Positions 19,600-30,442 of a DNA stretch of 64,000 nucleotides are shown here, piece after piece. The position numbers and the translations under genes were made by a program. The notes beneath the pieces are model-generated. The model had not been told where the DNA came from. It saw nothing but the letters and a program-made list of their open reading frames with translations, and made no database searches. Origin of the DNA: an uncultured Acidobacteriota bacterium. Its GTDB lineage: Bacteria > Acidobacteriota > Thermoanaerobaculia > UBA5066. The number at the start of each line of letters is the position of its first letter. Position 1 is the first letter of the stretch. The stretch is taken from contig CAVZYA010000002.1 in assembly GCA_963779415.1 (NCBI GenBank), positions 192,001 through 256,000 of the forward strand, written 5' to 3'.

Positions 19600-21579
19600 C
19601 CGGACGCGGGCCAGATCCTGTTGCTCTCCTCGAGATCCGCCAGGTAGCGCATCAGGCGCTGGACTCTCCAGAACTCCCTCGCGTGTCCGCCCAGCCGTCC
19701 CTTGCGGGCGATTCCGTTCCGGTCGACCAGGAAGAGATCCGTCCCGATCAAGGCGATGCCGGGCCCGCGATCGTGCCCGGCCTGCGAGGAGAAGATCGAG
19801 CGTCCGAGAAACGGGTTCGGCCTCTGGGGAAGGCCGAGCAGGTGGATCAGGGACGGCGCGAAGTCGACGGAGGTCCGGAACTCCGCGTCGAAGGTCTTCG
19901 GGAGCCGGTGTCCGGGCGAATAGATGACGAGCGGGATCGTATCGACGGGAATGCGAGGAAGGTCGGGGAAGTGCGGCCGGATGGCCTCCATGTAGGTCCT
20001 CTCCGGATAGTGACAATGGTCCGTCGTGAAGACGACGACGGTGTTCTGTGCGAGAGGCGACCGGAGGAAGAACTCCAGGAACCGGCCGAACGCGTGGTCG
20101 AAGCTGTGAACGGTGTTGAGGCTGTAGTTCCCGCCGTCACCATACTTCGGGCCATCGGCCGCCGAATCCTGGAAGGCATGGGTCTCGATGTTGTAGAGGC
20201 CGACGAAGAAGGGGCGCGCCCCGCGTCCGCGCCCCTGTCGCTCCTCGAGAAAACCGATGAGGGAGTCGAGGAGCTGGTGATCGGAAAGAGCGTCGCTCCG
20301 CAGCGGCTCCGCCCCCGCCAGATAGCGCGCCGAGAGGTCTTCCGCGGTCCAGACGTTCTCGAACCCGATCCGTCTCATCATCTCGTCGACGCGGGCGGCC
20401 GGCCGCCGGTGCGTGTCGAGGAAGTCCGTCTCGTACCCCAGCTCGCGGAGGTAGTCGGCGAGGCTGAAGTAGCTTCTGACGCCCCCGCCCTCGGGACCCT
20501 CGAGCCAGGCATCCGACCCCTCGTCTTTCGGAAAGAGCGAGCAGAGCTGTCCGTGAAGACCCCGGTACGTCGCGAAACGAGTGGTTGTAGTAGTTCGTCA
20601 CGACCATCGTCCTCGGGTCGGCGGCGAACCGGTCGAGATTCGGCGTGATCCCCGGGAACGGTGAGCCGTAGGGTCCCGTCAGACGCGCCGACAGCCCCTC
20701 CGTGAAGAAGACGACGAGGTTGGGAAGGCGAGGCGCTCCCGGCTCCTTCGCGAAGGGTGGATCGCCTTCGTAGATCCACTCCTTCCGGAGCGGAAAGTCG
20801 CTCGACATCGAGATCTCGAAACCATATCGCTTCGCCGCCACGGCATCGTTCAGGGTGAACGCGCCCGGATCTCCCGCCGGTCTCCCGACGAGTACGTCGA
20901 TCAGGGAGACGAAGGGGGACCGGTCCGTTATGTTGTTCCCCTCGTACAGCTCCTCCCGGATCCTGCGGGCGTTTTCCGGAAGTGCCCGGGGGATGACGCC
21001 GATGACGCCCGCGAGAGACAGCGCCGCGAGGGAGAGGGTTCCCGCTTCGCGCCAGCGGACGGCATTCCGCGCGCATTCCGTCAGGAGCGGCACGAAGAGC
21101 GCGACCGCCACCGCGACGGCGGCCGCCGCGACCCTCCTCGGGCTGAGGAGAAGCGTCACGTGGTTCGCGTTCTCGACCGCCAGCCTCGAGAGGTACTGGC
21201 CCGTCAGGTAATGTGAGGCGAGCTGAAAGACGTCCCCGAGAAACGGAACGAGAAAGACACCGTAGGCCAGAAGCCGCAGCGGGAGCCGGCCGTTGACCAG
21301 GAGGGCCCCCGCGGAGACGACGAGCAGGACGTCGATGACTTGACCGGCGAAGAACGTGCTAACGGCGAGAAAGGCCGGGAGAGCGGCGGATCCGGTGGTC
21401 AGGGAGAGCTGGCACGCGAACCCTCCGAGGAGGAGGGCGTTCCAGACGAGGACGAGACCGACGAAGACGTACGGTCTCCTCGCCGTGCGGAAAAATGGCA
21501 TCCGGAACTCGCCTCTCATCTCGAGGATCTCGAGAATGGCCTGCCAGAGCAGACGCGACCGGAACACTACTCCAGTCAT
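19596..21579 (-). CDS. LTA-synthase/alkaline-phosphatase-superfamily membrane enzyme; frameshift ~20576
   Basis: N-terminal TM helices; PNLVVFFTEGLS, ITPNLDRF, NTVVVFTTDH, VDFAPSLIHLLG. Joins ORFs 20137..21579 and 19596..20381 if one extra base is removed. Start uncertain. Confidence 0.82.
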
Positions 21580-21751
21580 TCAGCCCCGAGCGACGTGAAC
21601 CACGACCCGCGACTGGGGTCAGGCCTCAAGCACGAATCGCATGGCTGCTCGGCGGTACGATCCGCGGCTGTGCCGACGTCAAGGCCCGAAGCCTCCTCCG
21701 CGACATCGTCAAGCACCCGGCCGATGTCGAGGTCCCGTCGGACGAGGCTCG

Positions 21752-23182
21752 ATGAGCTGGAGTGAAGGTGCTTCTCGGAGAAGAATGAGGTGGGCCATGT
21801 TCCTCGCCGTGGTCCACGTGGCCTGCGGGAGAGGAGCATCAGACACCCGGGAGCAGACAGGGGACACGGCTCCGCGGGCGGTTTCCCGAGGTTCTGAAGC
21901 GGAGCGGATCGCGGCGATGGGGAGCCTTCCCTACGTCAACTTCGTCCCCATGGCACCGGGAGACCAGGGGAAGAAGGGTGTGACCACCGTGGATTACGAG
22001 CGGGTGGATCCGGGATACGTTCTCTTCGTCCCGAAACCGCGTTACGAAGCGCTGCTGGTCGACGTGAACGGCGATGTGGTCCATCGATGGGCCTCCGAGA
22101 CGGGGCGTCTCACGGAGGCCCAGACGGCGCGGTGGCCCGACTTCTTCGCCGGTTGGCAGACCGTCTCGATGGCGCCGAATGGTGACCTCTTTGCGATCCT
22201 GAGTCGTCATGGTGTCCTGAAGCTGGACTGGAACTCGCGGCTGGTCTGGATGACGTCGATCCCGGCACACCACGACATCGCCGTTGCAGGAAACGGCGAC
22301 ATCTACCTGCTGGCCGAGAGCGTGCGCGTCGTGAAGAGCGGCGGTCGAGAAAGGGTCGTCCTGGATGACGGCATCGCGATCCTGCGCCCCGACGGCTCGA
22401 TCCTGCGGCGTATTTCACTGTTCGATGTCTTCGCCCGGAGCGGGGACTGGTCGGCGAGGCTGGAACGCCGCATCGGCGAACGCTTCCGAGCTCTCGACGA
22501 ACGAGGGCTCGAAGGCCTCCTGGCCCTGGGAACGGAATGGCAAACACGGTATCGAGACCGTGCCGACGTGGAACGTGCAGCTCGGCTGCTGTCGTCGGGT
22601 CGCGTCGAAGGGGATGAGCGGGAAGCCGTCGCGATGCTGCGCGCGATACCAGGCTCACCGTCGGATCTGTTCCACGGGAATACGGTCGTTCCCCTGAAGC
22701 GGGACGAACGAGGACTCTGGGAAGACGGCGACGTCATGGTGTCTCTGGCGAACTGGAACCTCGTCGCGGTGATCGACATGAAGCACGAGCGGATCGGGTG
22801 GAGCTGGGGACCCGGAGAGATCGAAGGGGCGCACCAGCCGACCGTGCTGGAGAACGGCAATATCCTCGTGTTCGACAACGGCACGTCCCGAAATCGCTCC
22901 AGAGTCGTCGAGGTCGATCCGGGCTGGAAGACGATCGTGTGGTCTTACGAGGCCCCTGGTTTTCTTTCCCCCAGCGAGGGCGGTTGCGAGGGACTTCCGT
23001 CCGGGAATGTCCTGATCACGGAAACGCGGACGGCACGGCTGTTCGAGGTCTCGAGGGAGAAACGGCTCGTCTGGGAGTACTTCAATCCCTTTTTCGATGA
23101 GGCCGGAGTTCGTCGTTCCGGCATCTATCGGACACATCACGTTTCTCCGGAGACGGCCACTCCCCTGTTGGCGAAGCGCTGA
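21752..23182 (+). CDS. Arylsulfotransferase (ASST)-family protein, possible lipoprotein
   Basis: AHHDIAV, FHGNTV, AHQP..LENGNILVFDNG, LPSGNVLITE; lipobox-like VHVAC-G. Confidence 0.82.
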   Translation: MSWSEGASRRRMRWAMFLAVVHVACGRGASDTREQTGDTAPRAVSRGSEAERIAAMGSLPYVNFVPMAPGDQGKKGVTTVDYERVDPGYVLFVPKPRYEALLVDVNGDVVHRWASETGRLTEAQTARWPDFFAGWQTVSMAPNGDLFAILSRHGVLKLDWNSRLVWMTSIPAHHDIAVAGNGDIYLLAESVRVVKSGGRERVVLDDGIAILRPDGSILRRISLFDVFARSGDWSARLERRIGERFRALDERGLEGLLALGTEWQTRYRDRADVERAARLLSSGRVEGDEREAVAMLRAIPGSPSDLFHGNTVVPLKRDERGLWEDGDVMVSLANWNLVAVIDMKHERIGWSWGPGEIEGAHQPTVLENGNILVFDNGTSRNRSRVVEVDPGWKTIVWSYEAPGFLSPSEGGCEGLPSGNVLITETRTARLFEVSREKRLVWEYFNPFFDEAGVRRSGIYRTHHVSPETATPLLAKR

Positions 23183-23203
23183 TAGTCGTGGCGCGTTCCG
23201 CCA

Positions 23204-23296
23204 CTGGCCGGGCGGCGGCCGGGGATCGAGGACGTCGCGAGAGAGCTGCGCCTCAGCTGACGGACGCTTCAACGGAGATTGACCGAGGACGGCACC
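23204..23296 (+). pseudogene. Fragment of AraC-family regulator HTH
   Basis: Manual translation LAGRRPGIEDVARELRLS*RTLQRRLTEDGT, with in-frame TGA at 23258-23260. Confidence 0.72.
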
Positions 23297-23303
23297 GGGA
23301 TGA

Positions 23304-24371
<1,068 letters not shown>

Positions 24372-24446
24372 ACGGCGATGAAAGAAAGGCATGCGCGCCA
24401 CATGAACGGGGTCAGGTCTTGAGTCTGTATTCTGCCGGCGCCGCCG

Positions 24447-24947
24447 CTACCGCCCCATCTCCGGCGCGGGCACGATCGGCAGGTCCCAGTGCGCAAGGAG
24501 GATCTCGAAGCGGCGCTGCTCCTCGCGCGCGTAGCTCTCCTGATCCGGGAAGAGCTGCTTCTTCAGCGCTTCCTCCCCCGAGGCGTCGGCGGCCGCCGCC
24601 GCGTTCCGGAAGACGAGCGTGACGCGGTAGTCCCAGCGCCCCTCTTCGGTCGCGTGATATCGGGGCTTCTCGACCTCGATCTCGAGGATCCTGCCCGATT
24701 CGATCTGCTTTTTCAGAATCGGGAGGTGGTTCTTCGCGAAGAGCCGCGCGAACTCCTCCGCGAAGCCCCATTTCACCTTGTAGTAGTACTCGACGGCGAA
24801 CGGGGTCTCGGCCGAGGTGGCGGGGTGCCGAGGCGTGGCCGGAGCTTGGGCTCCCGCCCGCGTCGGCGTCACGGCCACGACCGCGAGGAGAGCGGAGGCG
24901 CCGAGAGTCCAGAGACGAAACAAGGACTTGTGCCGAATAGTTCTCAT
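24447..24947 (-). CDS. Secreted hypothetical protein (possible dimeric alpha-beta barrel, NIPSNAP-like)
   Basis: Signal peptide; VEYYYKVKWG...WDYRVTLVF...RFEILLAHWD. Confidence 0.7.
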   Translation of the reverse strand: MRTIRHKSLFRLWTLGASALLAVVAVTPTRAGAQAPATPRHPATSAETPFAVEYYYKVKWGFAEEFARLFAKNHLPILKKQIESGRILEIEVEKPRYHATEEGRWDYRVTLVFRNAAAAADASGEEALKKQLFPDQESYAREEQRRFEILLAHWDLPIVPAPEMGR

Positions 24948-25090
24948 GAAGCCTCCCGGGTCGACCGTGTCTCGAACCGCCCTGCCGACCCTCTTCGGAT
25001 TCATCGGGCTGACGACCTCGAAGGATACCGCCCTCCCGCGGACCGTCCCGCTGATGCTGCGGCGCCGATCGGACGGGACGAGACCTGCGG

Positions 25091-25133
25091 CTATCTTGAA
25101 AACTCGGTGGCTGTCGCTGAGATTTCAAGGTAG
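25091..25133. repeat. Imperfect 17-bp inverted repeat (hairpin)
   Basis: CTATCTTGAAAACTCGG-N9-CTGAGATTTCAAGGTAG; one mismatch and two G-T pairs. Confidence 0.6.
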
Positions 25134-25600
25134 TAGTCGAGGTCTTCTTCTGGGCAGCGCTCGACGTGATTCACGGAGGCCAGGAAACATTCCCGCTTGC
25201 TCCGAGAGTCCGTGCAGTCGCCGCTCACCGGCTCCTCGAGGCCATTCATCCGCTGGGCTAGACGCCGAAGAGGACGGGCTCCTGGCGAGCGAGAGAAGGG
25301 CCTGTCTTCGTTGATACGTATCGAACCCTGCCAAGCGATCCACCAAGGGACCTCCTGGACCTCTTTGACCGTTTTCTGGTAATCGATAGGGCCGTCTGAC
25401 GGTATCCTCCGCGGGGGTCAGAATGTCCCCCCAGCCAGCGTTCCGAGGGCAGCAGGGACCCGAAGGATGCACATTCCAAGCCTCTCCCCCTGACGGCATA
25501 GAATCCCCGCAGTCGCACCACGACGGGCCGCCGGAACGAGCGCCGCCGCGCCGGGGGGCACGGACCCCGCCCCTTCCTCCGACCCGGGGAGGCAGCCACC

Positions 25601-27961
25601 ATGAGCCTCTCCGCGGGAACGAAGCTCGGCCCTTACGAGATCGTTGCCCCTCTTGGCGCTGGGGGCATGGGCGAGGTCTACGAGGCCCGCGACACCCGCC
25701 TCCATCGCTCCGTGGCAGTCAAGGTCCTTCCCGCGCAACTCGCCGCTGACTCGGACCGGCTGGCACGTTTCGCGCACGAAGCGCGAACAGCGTCGGCTCT
25801 CAATCACCCCAACATCGTCACCATCCACGAGATCGGCGAATGGGAAGGGACGCCTTACCTCGTGATGGAGCGCGTCGACGGAGAGACGCTGCGACGGCTC
25901 CTAGCCAAGGGACCCATCGAGAGCCGGCGGCTGCTCGATCTGGCCACGCAGATCGCCGAGGGCCTGGCGAAGGCCCACGCCGCTGGAATCGTCCACCGCG
26001 ACCTGAAGCCCGAGAACGTGATGGTCACCGTCGACGGCTTCGTCAAGATCCTCGACTTCGGCCTCGCCAAGCTCCGGGGAGGGCCCGCAGGGGACCTGAG
26101 CCGCGAAGAGACCCTCCCGCGAACGGTCGAGGGGACCATCGTCGGAACCGTCGGCTACATGTCACCAGAGCAGGCCGCCGGGCGGCCGGTGGACATCCGG
26201 TCTGATCAGTTCGCGTTCGGCTCGATGCTCTACGAGATGATCGGCGGGCGGCGGGCGTTCTCCCGCGCCAGCGCGGCGCAGACACTGGCGGCCATCATCG
26301 AAGACGAGCCCGAGCCGCTCGAGCGCCTCTCCCCCTCCTTCCCGGCGCAGGTCCGAAGGATCCTCGCGCGATGCCTCGCCAAAGACCCGGCGAAGCGTTA
26401 CACGTCGACGTCCGATCTCGCCCACGAGCTCCGCACCGTCCGGGACCAGATGTCGTCCTTTTCAGGGGCGGAGGCCGCACCGACCATCTCCGTGACGATG
26501 CCCCGGCGCCGCCCCGTCCGTGCTCCCGTAATGATCGCGGCGGGCGTGCTCCTCCTCGCGGCAGTCGCCGCAGGCGTCTTCAGGTTCTTCCGGAGCGCGT
26601 CCGGCTCCATCGCGGTCCTGCCCTTCAGGAACCTCACCGGCGACGCCGGTCAGGAATACTTCGCCGACGGAATCACCGACGGGCTGATCTCGCAGCTGGG
26701 GAGGATCGGCGCGCTGCGGGTGACGTCTCTCTATTCGGTAATGGCGTACAAGGACGGCAAGACGCCGCTCCGGGAGATCGCCCGGGCCCTCGGCGTGGCC
26801 ACGGTCGTCGAGGGGACGGTCCTGAGGGTCGGAAGCGACGTGAGCCTGCGGGTCCGTCTGGTCCGGGCGCTTCCCGAGGAGCGAAGCCTCTGGGAGAAGA
26901 ACTACGACCGAACCCTCGCCGACATTCTGGCAATGTACGGCGACATCGCGCTGGCCCTCTCCCGCGAGATGGAAGTCCCGCTGAAGCCGCGGGAGGAGAA
27001 GGGCCTCGCCTCGAGGCGCCCGGTAAACCCGGAAATCTACAAGTCCTATCTCAGGGGAATGGCTCTCGTGAACACCTGGAAGGACGAGGAGACCGAGCGC
27101 GGCCTGGCGGAGCTGCGGAAGGCCGTGGAGCGAGACCCTGCCGACCCGCTGGCGTACGTGGGCCTCGCCTATGGCTACGTCTCGCTCGGGCACGGGCCGA
27201 AATCCCCGCCGGACGCCTGGCAGCGGGCGCGGGAGGCGAGCCTCAGAGCACTGAAGCTGGACGACACGCTGGCCGACGCGTATGCGACGCTGGCCGACGT
27301 CAAGTCCTACTACGAGCGCGACTGGAAGGGGGCCGAGGAGAACTTCCTGCGGGCCATGGAGCTGAACCCCAGCCTGGCCATGAACCACTACCACTACGCC
27401 TGGTACCTGGCCCTCTTCTCCCGCTTCGACGAGGCGATCGCAGAGCACAAGCGCGCCCAGGAGCTGGACCCACTCACGCCGCTCCACACCGCCTGGCTGG
27501 GCGGCCTCTACTGGTGCGTGGGCCGCTATGACGATGCCATTGCGGAAGCCCGGAAATGTCTCAAGCTGAACGGGGACGACGAGCTTGGTTGGCTCATCAC
27601 GGGGTTCGGTTACGCCGGGAAGAAGATGTACACGGAGGCTATCGACGCCCACCGGAAAGCGGTCGCGGTCGACCCGGACTGGAAGTACGCCCTCGCCCGG
27701 ACCTTCGCGCTGGCGGGGCGCACGGCCGAGGCCAGGGCCATCCGGGGCGAGCTCGAGAGCCAGCCGCTCACCTCGTTCGGCGCGTGGGGTCTCGCGATCA
27801 CGGCGACGGCTCTCGGGGACAACGACAAGGCACTCGAGTATCTCCGATACGAGCCGGCCCACGGCTGGATCCCGTGGGCGAGGGTCGACCCGGAGTTCGA
27901 GCCCCTCCGCCGCGACCCTCGGTTCAAGGGCTTTCTCAGGAAGTACAACCTGCCCGACTAG
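25601..27961 (+). CDS. Hanks-type Ser/Thr kinase with TolB-N-like and TPR domains
   Basis: GAGGMG, HRDLKPEN, DFG; SIAVLPFRNL...EYFADGITD; TPR repeats. Confidence 0.95.
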   Translation: MSLSAGTKLGPYEIVAPLGAGGMGEVYEARDTRLHRSVAVKVLPAQLAADSDRLARFAHEARTASALNHPNIVTIHEIGEWEGTPYLVMERVDGETLRRLLAKGPIESRRLLDLATQIAEGLAKAHAAGIVHRDLKPENVMVTVDGFVKILDFGLAKLRGGPAGDLSREETLPRTVEGTIVGTVGYMSPEQAAGRPVDIRSDQFAFGSMLYEMIGGRRAFSRASAAQTLAAIIEDEPEPLERLSPSFPAQVRRILARCLAKDPAKRYTSTSDLAHELRTVRDQMSSFSGAEAAPTISVTMPRRRPVRAPVMIAAGVLLLAAVAAGVFRFFRSASGSIAVLPFRNLTGDAGQEYFADGITDGLISQLGRIGALRVTSLYSVMAYKDGKTPLREIARALGVATVVEGTVLRVGSDVSLRVRLVRALPEERSLWEKNYDRTLADILAMYGDIALALSREMEVPLKPREEKGLASRRPVNPEIYKSYLRGMALVNTWKDEETERGLAELRKAVERDPADPLAYVGLAYGYVSLGHGPKSPPDAWQRAREASLRALKLDDTLADAYATLADVKSYYERDWKGAEENFLRAMELNPSLAMNHYHYAWYLALFSRFDEAIAEHKRAQELDPLTPLHTAWLGGLYWCVGRYDDAIAEARKCLKLNGDDELGWLITGFGYAGKKMYTEAIDAHRKAVAVDPDWKYALARTFALAGRTAEARAIRGELESQPLTSFGAWGLAITATALGDNDKALEYLRYEPAHGWIPWARVDPEFEPLRRDPRFKGFLRKYNLPD

Positions 27962-28008
27962 CGAGCGCGGTCCGGGGCCGGTGTCGGACCCGACCGCGTA
28001 GAGAAGGT

Positions 28009-28085
28009 TGGCCTGCCCGGCCGGATTCGAACCGGCGACCCTCGGCTTAGAAGGCCGATGCTCTGTCCAACTGAGCTACGGGCAG
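28009..28085 (-). tRNA. tRNA-Arg(TCT)
   Basis: Reverse complement CTGCCCGTAGCTCAGTTGGACAGAGCATCGGCCTTCTAAGCCGAGGGTCGCCGGTTCGAATCCGGCCGGGCAGGCCA; encoded CCA; TAGACT upstream. Confidence 0.96.
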
Positions 28086-28099
28086 AGGCCGGGGAGAGT

Positions 28100-28873
28100 C
28101 TAGCGCCCGGCGCCGATTCTCTTCCGGAGGGCGGCGGAGACGGCGGCGCAGGAAGACTCTACCCGCGGCGCCACGGCCGCCGCGCAGTTCGGGCGGTTCG
28201 CCACGAGCCAGTCGCGCAGGGCCACCGCGTCGGCGAAGCAGGCGTCGGCGCCCGTCAGGCCGCAGAGGGCCGCGTCGTGCCGGAAGACATAGCCCCCCAC
28301 GACGATCTTCGTCCCGGGAGAGATTCTCCGGATCTCCTCCACCGTCTTGCCGCACTCGGCAAGGTGCGCGGCGAGCGCGAGCGACAGGCCCACGGCCGCC
28401 GGCCGGTGGAGCGCGATGAAACGGATCGCACACTCTCGGGGTGTGTTGGCGCCGAGCAGGTCCGCCTGCCATCCGGCCATCCGGGCCACCTCGGCCACGA
28501 TCCGGACCCCCAGCTCGTGGAACTCGCCCGCCAGACAGGCCAGAAGGAGCCGTGGCGCACCAAGCGGCGGTGCGGGGAGCGCGGCCGCCATGTGCGCGAA
28601 CCCGTGGGAGACGAGCGCGCTGGCGAGGTGCTCTTCGGCGACCGAGACGTCTCCGGAACGCCACATCCGCCCCAGCTCCTCGAGGGCCGGCCCGATCAGG
28701 TCCCGGGCGACCTCGGCGAGGTCGGCCCCCCGTCGGGTCGCCTCCGCGAAGGAATCCTCGACGCCCGGCTCGTCCCCGGCCAGGAGCGCCATCAGGAGCG
28801 GTCCGGCGAGACCGCTCGCGGCGGGCGCGGCCGCCGGGCCCGGGGTCCGCTCCTTCGTCTCTCTGGTCACCAT
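28100..28873 (-). CDS. Stand-alone cobalamin-binding domain protein (CarH/AerR-like, no DNA-binding domain)
   Basis: [12 protein letters not shown] (W-x9-EH) and GEFHELG (ExHxxG), LGANTP. Confidence 0.85.
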   Translation of the reverse strand: MVTRETKERTPGPAAAPAASGLAGPLLMALLAGDEPGVEDSFAEATRRGADLAEVARDLIGPALEELGRMWRSGDVSVAEEHLASALVSHGFAHMAAALPAPPLGAPRLLLACLAGEFHELGVRIVAEVARMAGWQADLLGANTPRECAIRFIALHRPAAVGLSLALAAHLAECGKTVEEIRRISPGTKIVVGGYVFRHDAALCGLTGADACFADAVALRDWLVANRPNCAAAVAPRVESSCAAVSAALRKRIGAGR

Positions 28874-28942
28874 GCCTCGCTACGCGGGGCTCTTCCGAGC
28901 GGATTGTTCGGCGGCGGCGTCCGGCACGTCAATCGTGCAGGC

Positions 28943-29701
28943 TCATCCCTCGATCGCGACGTGCGTTCCGCCCCAGACGTCGAGGACCGCCCCGGTGATC
29001 GGGGCGGCGGCCGGCGACGCGAGAAAGAGGGCGGAGGCCGCGACATCTTCGGCGTTCAGCTTCTCCGAGAGCGGCGCTTCGTGGGGACTCGGCGACTCGT
29101 CGCGGGACCGGTTGTCCGTCGTGCCGGGGCAGATGGCGTTGACGGAGATTCCCATCCCGCGAAGCTCGGCCGAAAGCGCCTTCGTGAAGCCGATGAGGCC
29201 GAACTTCGCCGAGCAGTGGGCGACGACGTTCGCGCCGCCGACGGTGCCATGGATGGACGAGATGTTCAGGATCCTCCCGCGGGGCGCCGCCGAGAGCGAC
29301 GGAATCGCGGCCCTGGCGAGGAGGTAGGCCGACTTGAGGTTCGTTCCGAGGATCCGGTCCCATTCGGTCTCCTCGAGGTCTGCTAGGGCCTTCCAGACGA
29401 AGACGCCGGCGTTGTTCACGACGATGTCGAGCCGTCCCGTCGCTTCGAGAGCCCGGCGGACGAGCGCCTCGGCGTCGGCTTTCCGCGTGACGTCCGCCCC
29501 CTGGGCCACGGCAAGACCCCCCGCGCGCGCGATCTCCGCGATCGTCTCGTCGAGCTGCTCTTTCGTCCGCGAGGCGCAAACGACCACGGCGCCCGCCCCG
29601 GCGAAGGCATGGGCGATGGCGCGCCCGATGCCGCGCCCCGCCCCGGTGACGATCGCCGTCTCGCCCGAAAGGGGTCGCGGATCGGTGTCAAACGACGGCA
29701 C
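28943..29701 (-). CDS. SDR family oxidoreductase
   Basis: TGAGRGIG, NNAG, NISS; catalytic YxxxK replaced by HCSAK. Confidence 0.92.
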   Translation of the reverse strand: MPSFDTDPRPLSGETAIVTGAGRGIGRAIAHAFAGAGAVVVCASRTKEQLDETIAEIARAGGLAVAQGADVTRKADAEALVRRALEATGRLDIVVNNAGVFVWKALADLEETEWDRILGTNLKSAYLLARAAIPSLSAAPRGRILNISSIHGTVGGANVVAHCSAKFGLIGFTKALSAELRGMGISVNAICPGTTDNRSRDESPSPHEAPLSEKLNAEDVAASALFLASPAAAPITGAVLDVWGGTHVAIEG

Positions 29702-29746
29702 AGACCGAGGTTAGCAGGAGAGATACCGCCTGCCTAGAATGGCCGC

Positions 29747-30442
29747 GTGCCGACGCGCCCCCGGCTCCTCCTCTTCGACGTCGACGGGACTCTTCTCTCG
29801 GCCGGGCCGGCCTCCCGGGTGGCGTTCGCGAGCGCGCTGATCGACGTCTTCGGGACGAGTGGCGACCTGTCGAATTTCGCTTTCGAGGGGAAGCTCGACC
29901 CCGTCATCGTCCGGGAGCTGATGCGGGAGGCCGGAATCGACGACAGGCTCGTCCTCGAGCGGCTTCCGGAGGCCCTCGCGCTCTATCTCGACCGGCTGGA
30001 GGACGCCCTCGCCGTCGACCGGCCCCGGCTGAAGCCCGGCGTGCCGGAGCTTCTCGAGCGGGTCGCGGCCTCGCCGCTCGCGGTCCCCGCGCTCCTGACG
30101 GGAAACGTGGAGCGCGGTGCCCGGATCAAGCTCTCCGCGACCGGCCTCTGGCACCGCTTCCTCTTCGGTGTCTTCGGCGACGAGGCCCCGCGCCGGGAGA
30201 AGCTGGGGCCGCTGGCGATCGCCCGCGCGAAGGAGAAGACCGGAATCTCGTTCGGCGGTCGGGACTGCGTCGTGGTGGGCGACTCGCCGAGCGACGTGGC
30301 GTGCGGAAAGGCCATCGGGGCCCGCGTCGTGGCCGTCGCGACGGGCAAGACACCGGCCGACCGACTCCGGGCCGCCGGCGCCGACATCGTCCTTCCCGAC
30401 TTCCGCGATCTCGACGCCGCCTCGGAGGCGCTCCTTGCGTAA
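29747..30442 (+). CDS. HAD-family hydrolase (phosphoglycolate phosphatase-like)
   Basis: FDVDGTL, LLTGN, VVVGDSPSD. Confidence 0.9.
   Translation: MPTRPRLLLFDVDGTLLSAGPASRVAFASALIDVFGTSGDLSNFAFEGKLDPVIVRELMREAGIDDRLVLERLPEALALYLDRLEDALAVDRPRLKPGVPELLERVAASPLAVPALLTGNVERGARIKLSATGLWHRFLFGVFGDEAPRREKLGPLAIARAKEKTGISFGGRDCVVVGDSPSDVACGKAIGARVVAVATGKTPADRLRAAGADIVLPDFRDLDAASEALLA

Noticed and set aside
15891-20648. 1585-aa ORF and other long alternate-frame or antisense ORFs (e.g. 59806..63123, 7344..9599, 1446..3491)
   Set aside because: Arg/Pro/Gly-rich shadow frames of high-GC genes with no motifs; they overlap well-supported CDSs.
23258-23260. In-frame TGA as selenocysteine or readthrough
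   Set aside because: It lies at a non-Cys position in a fragment lacking both ends; ordinary decay.
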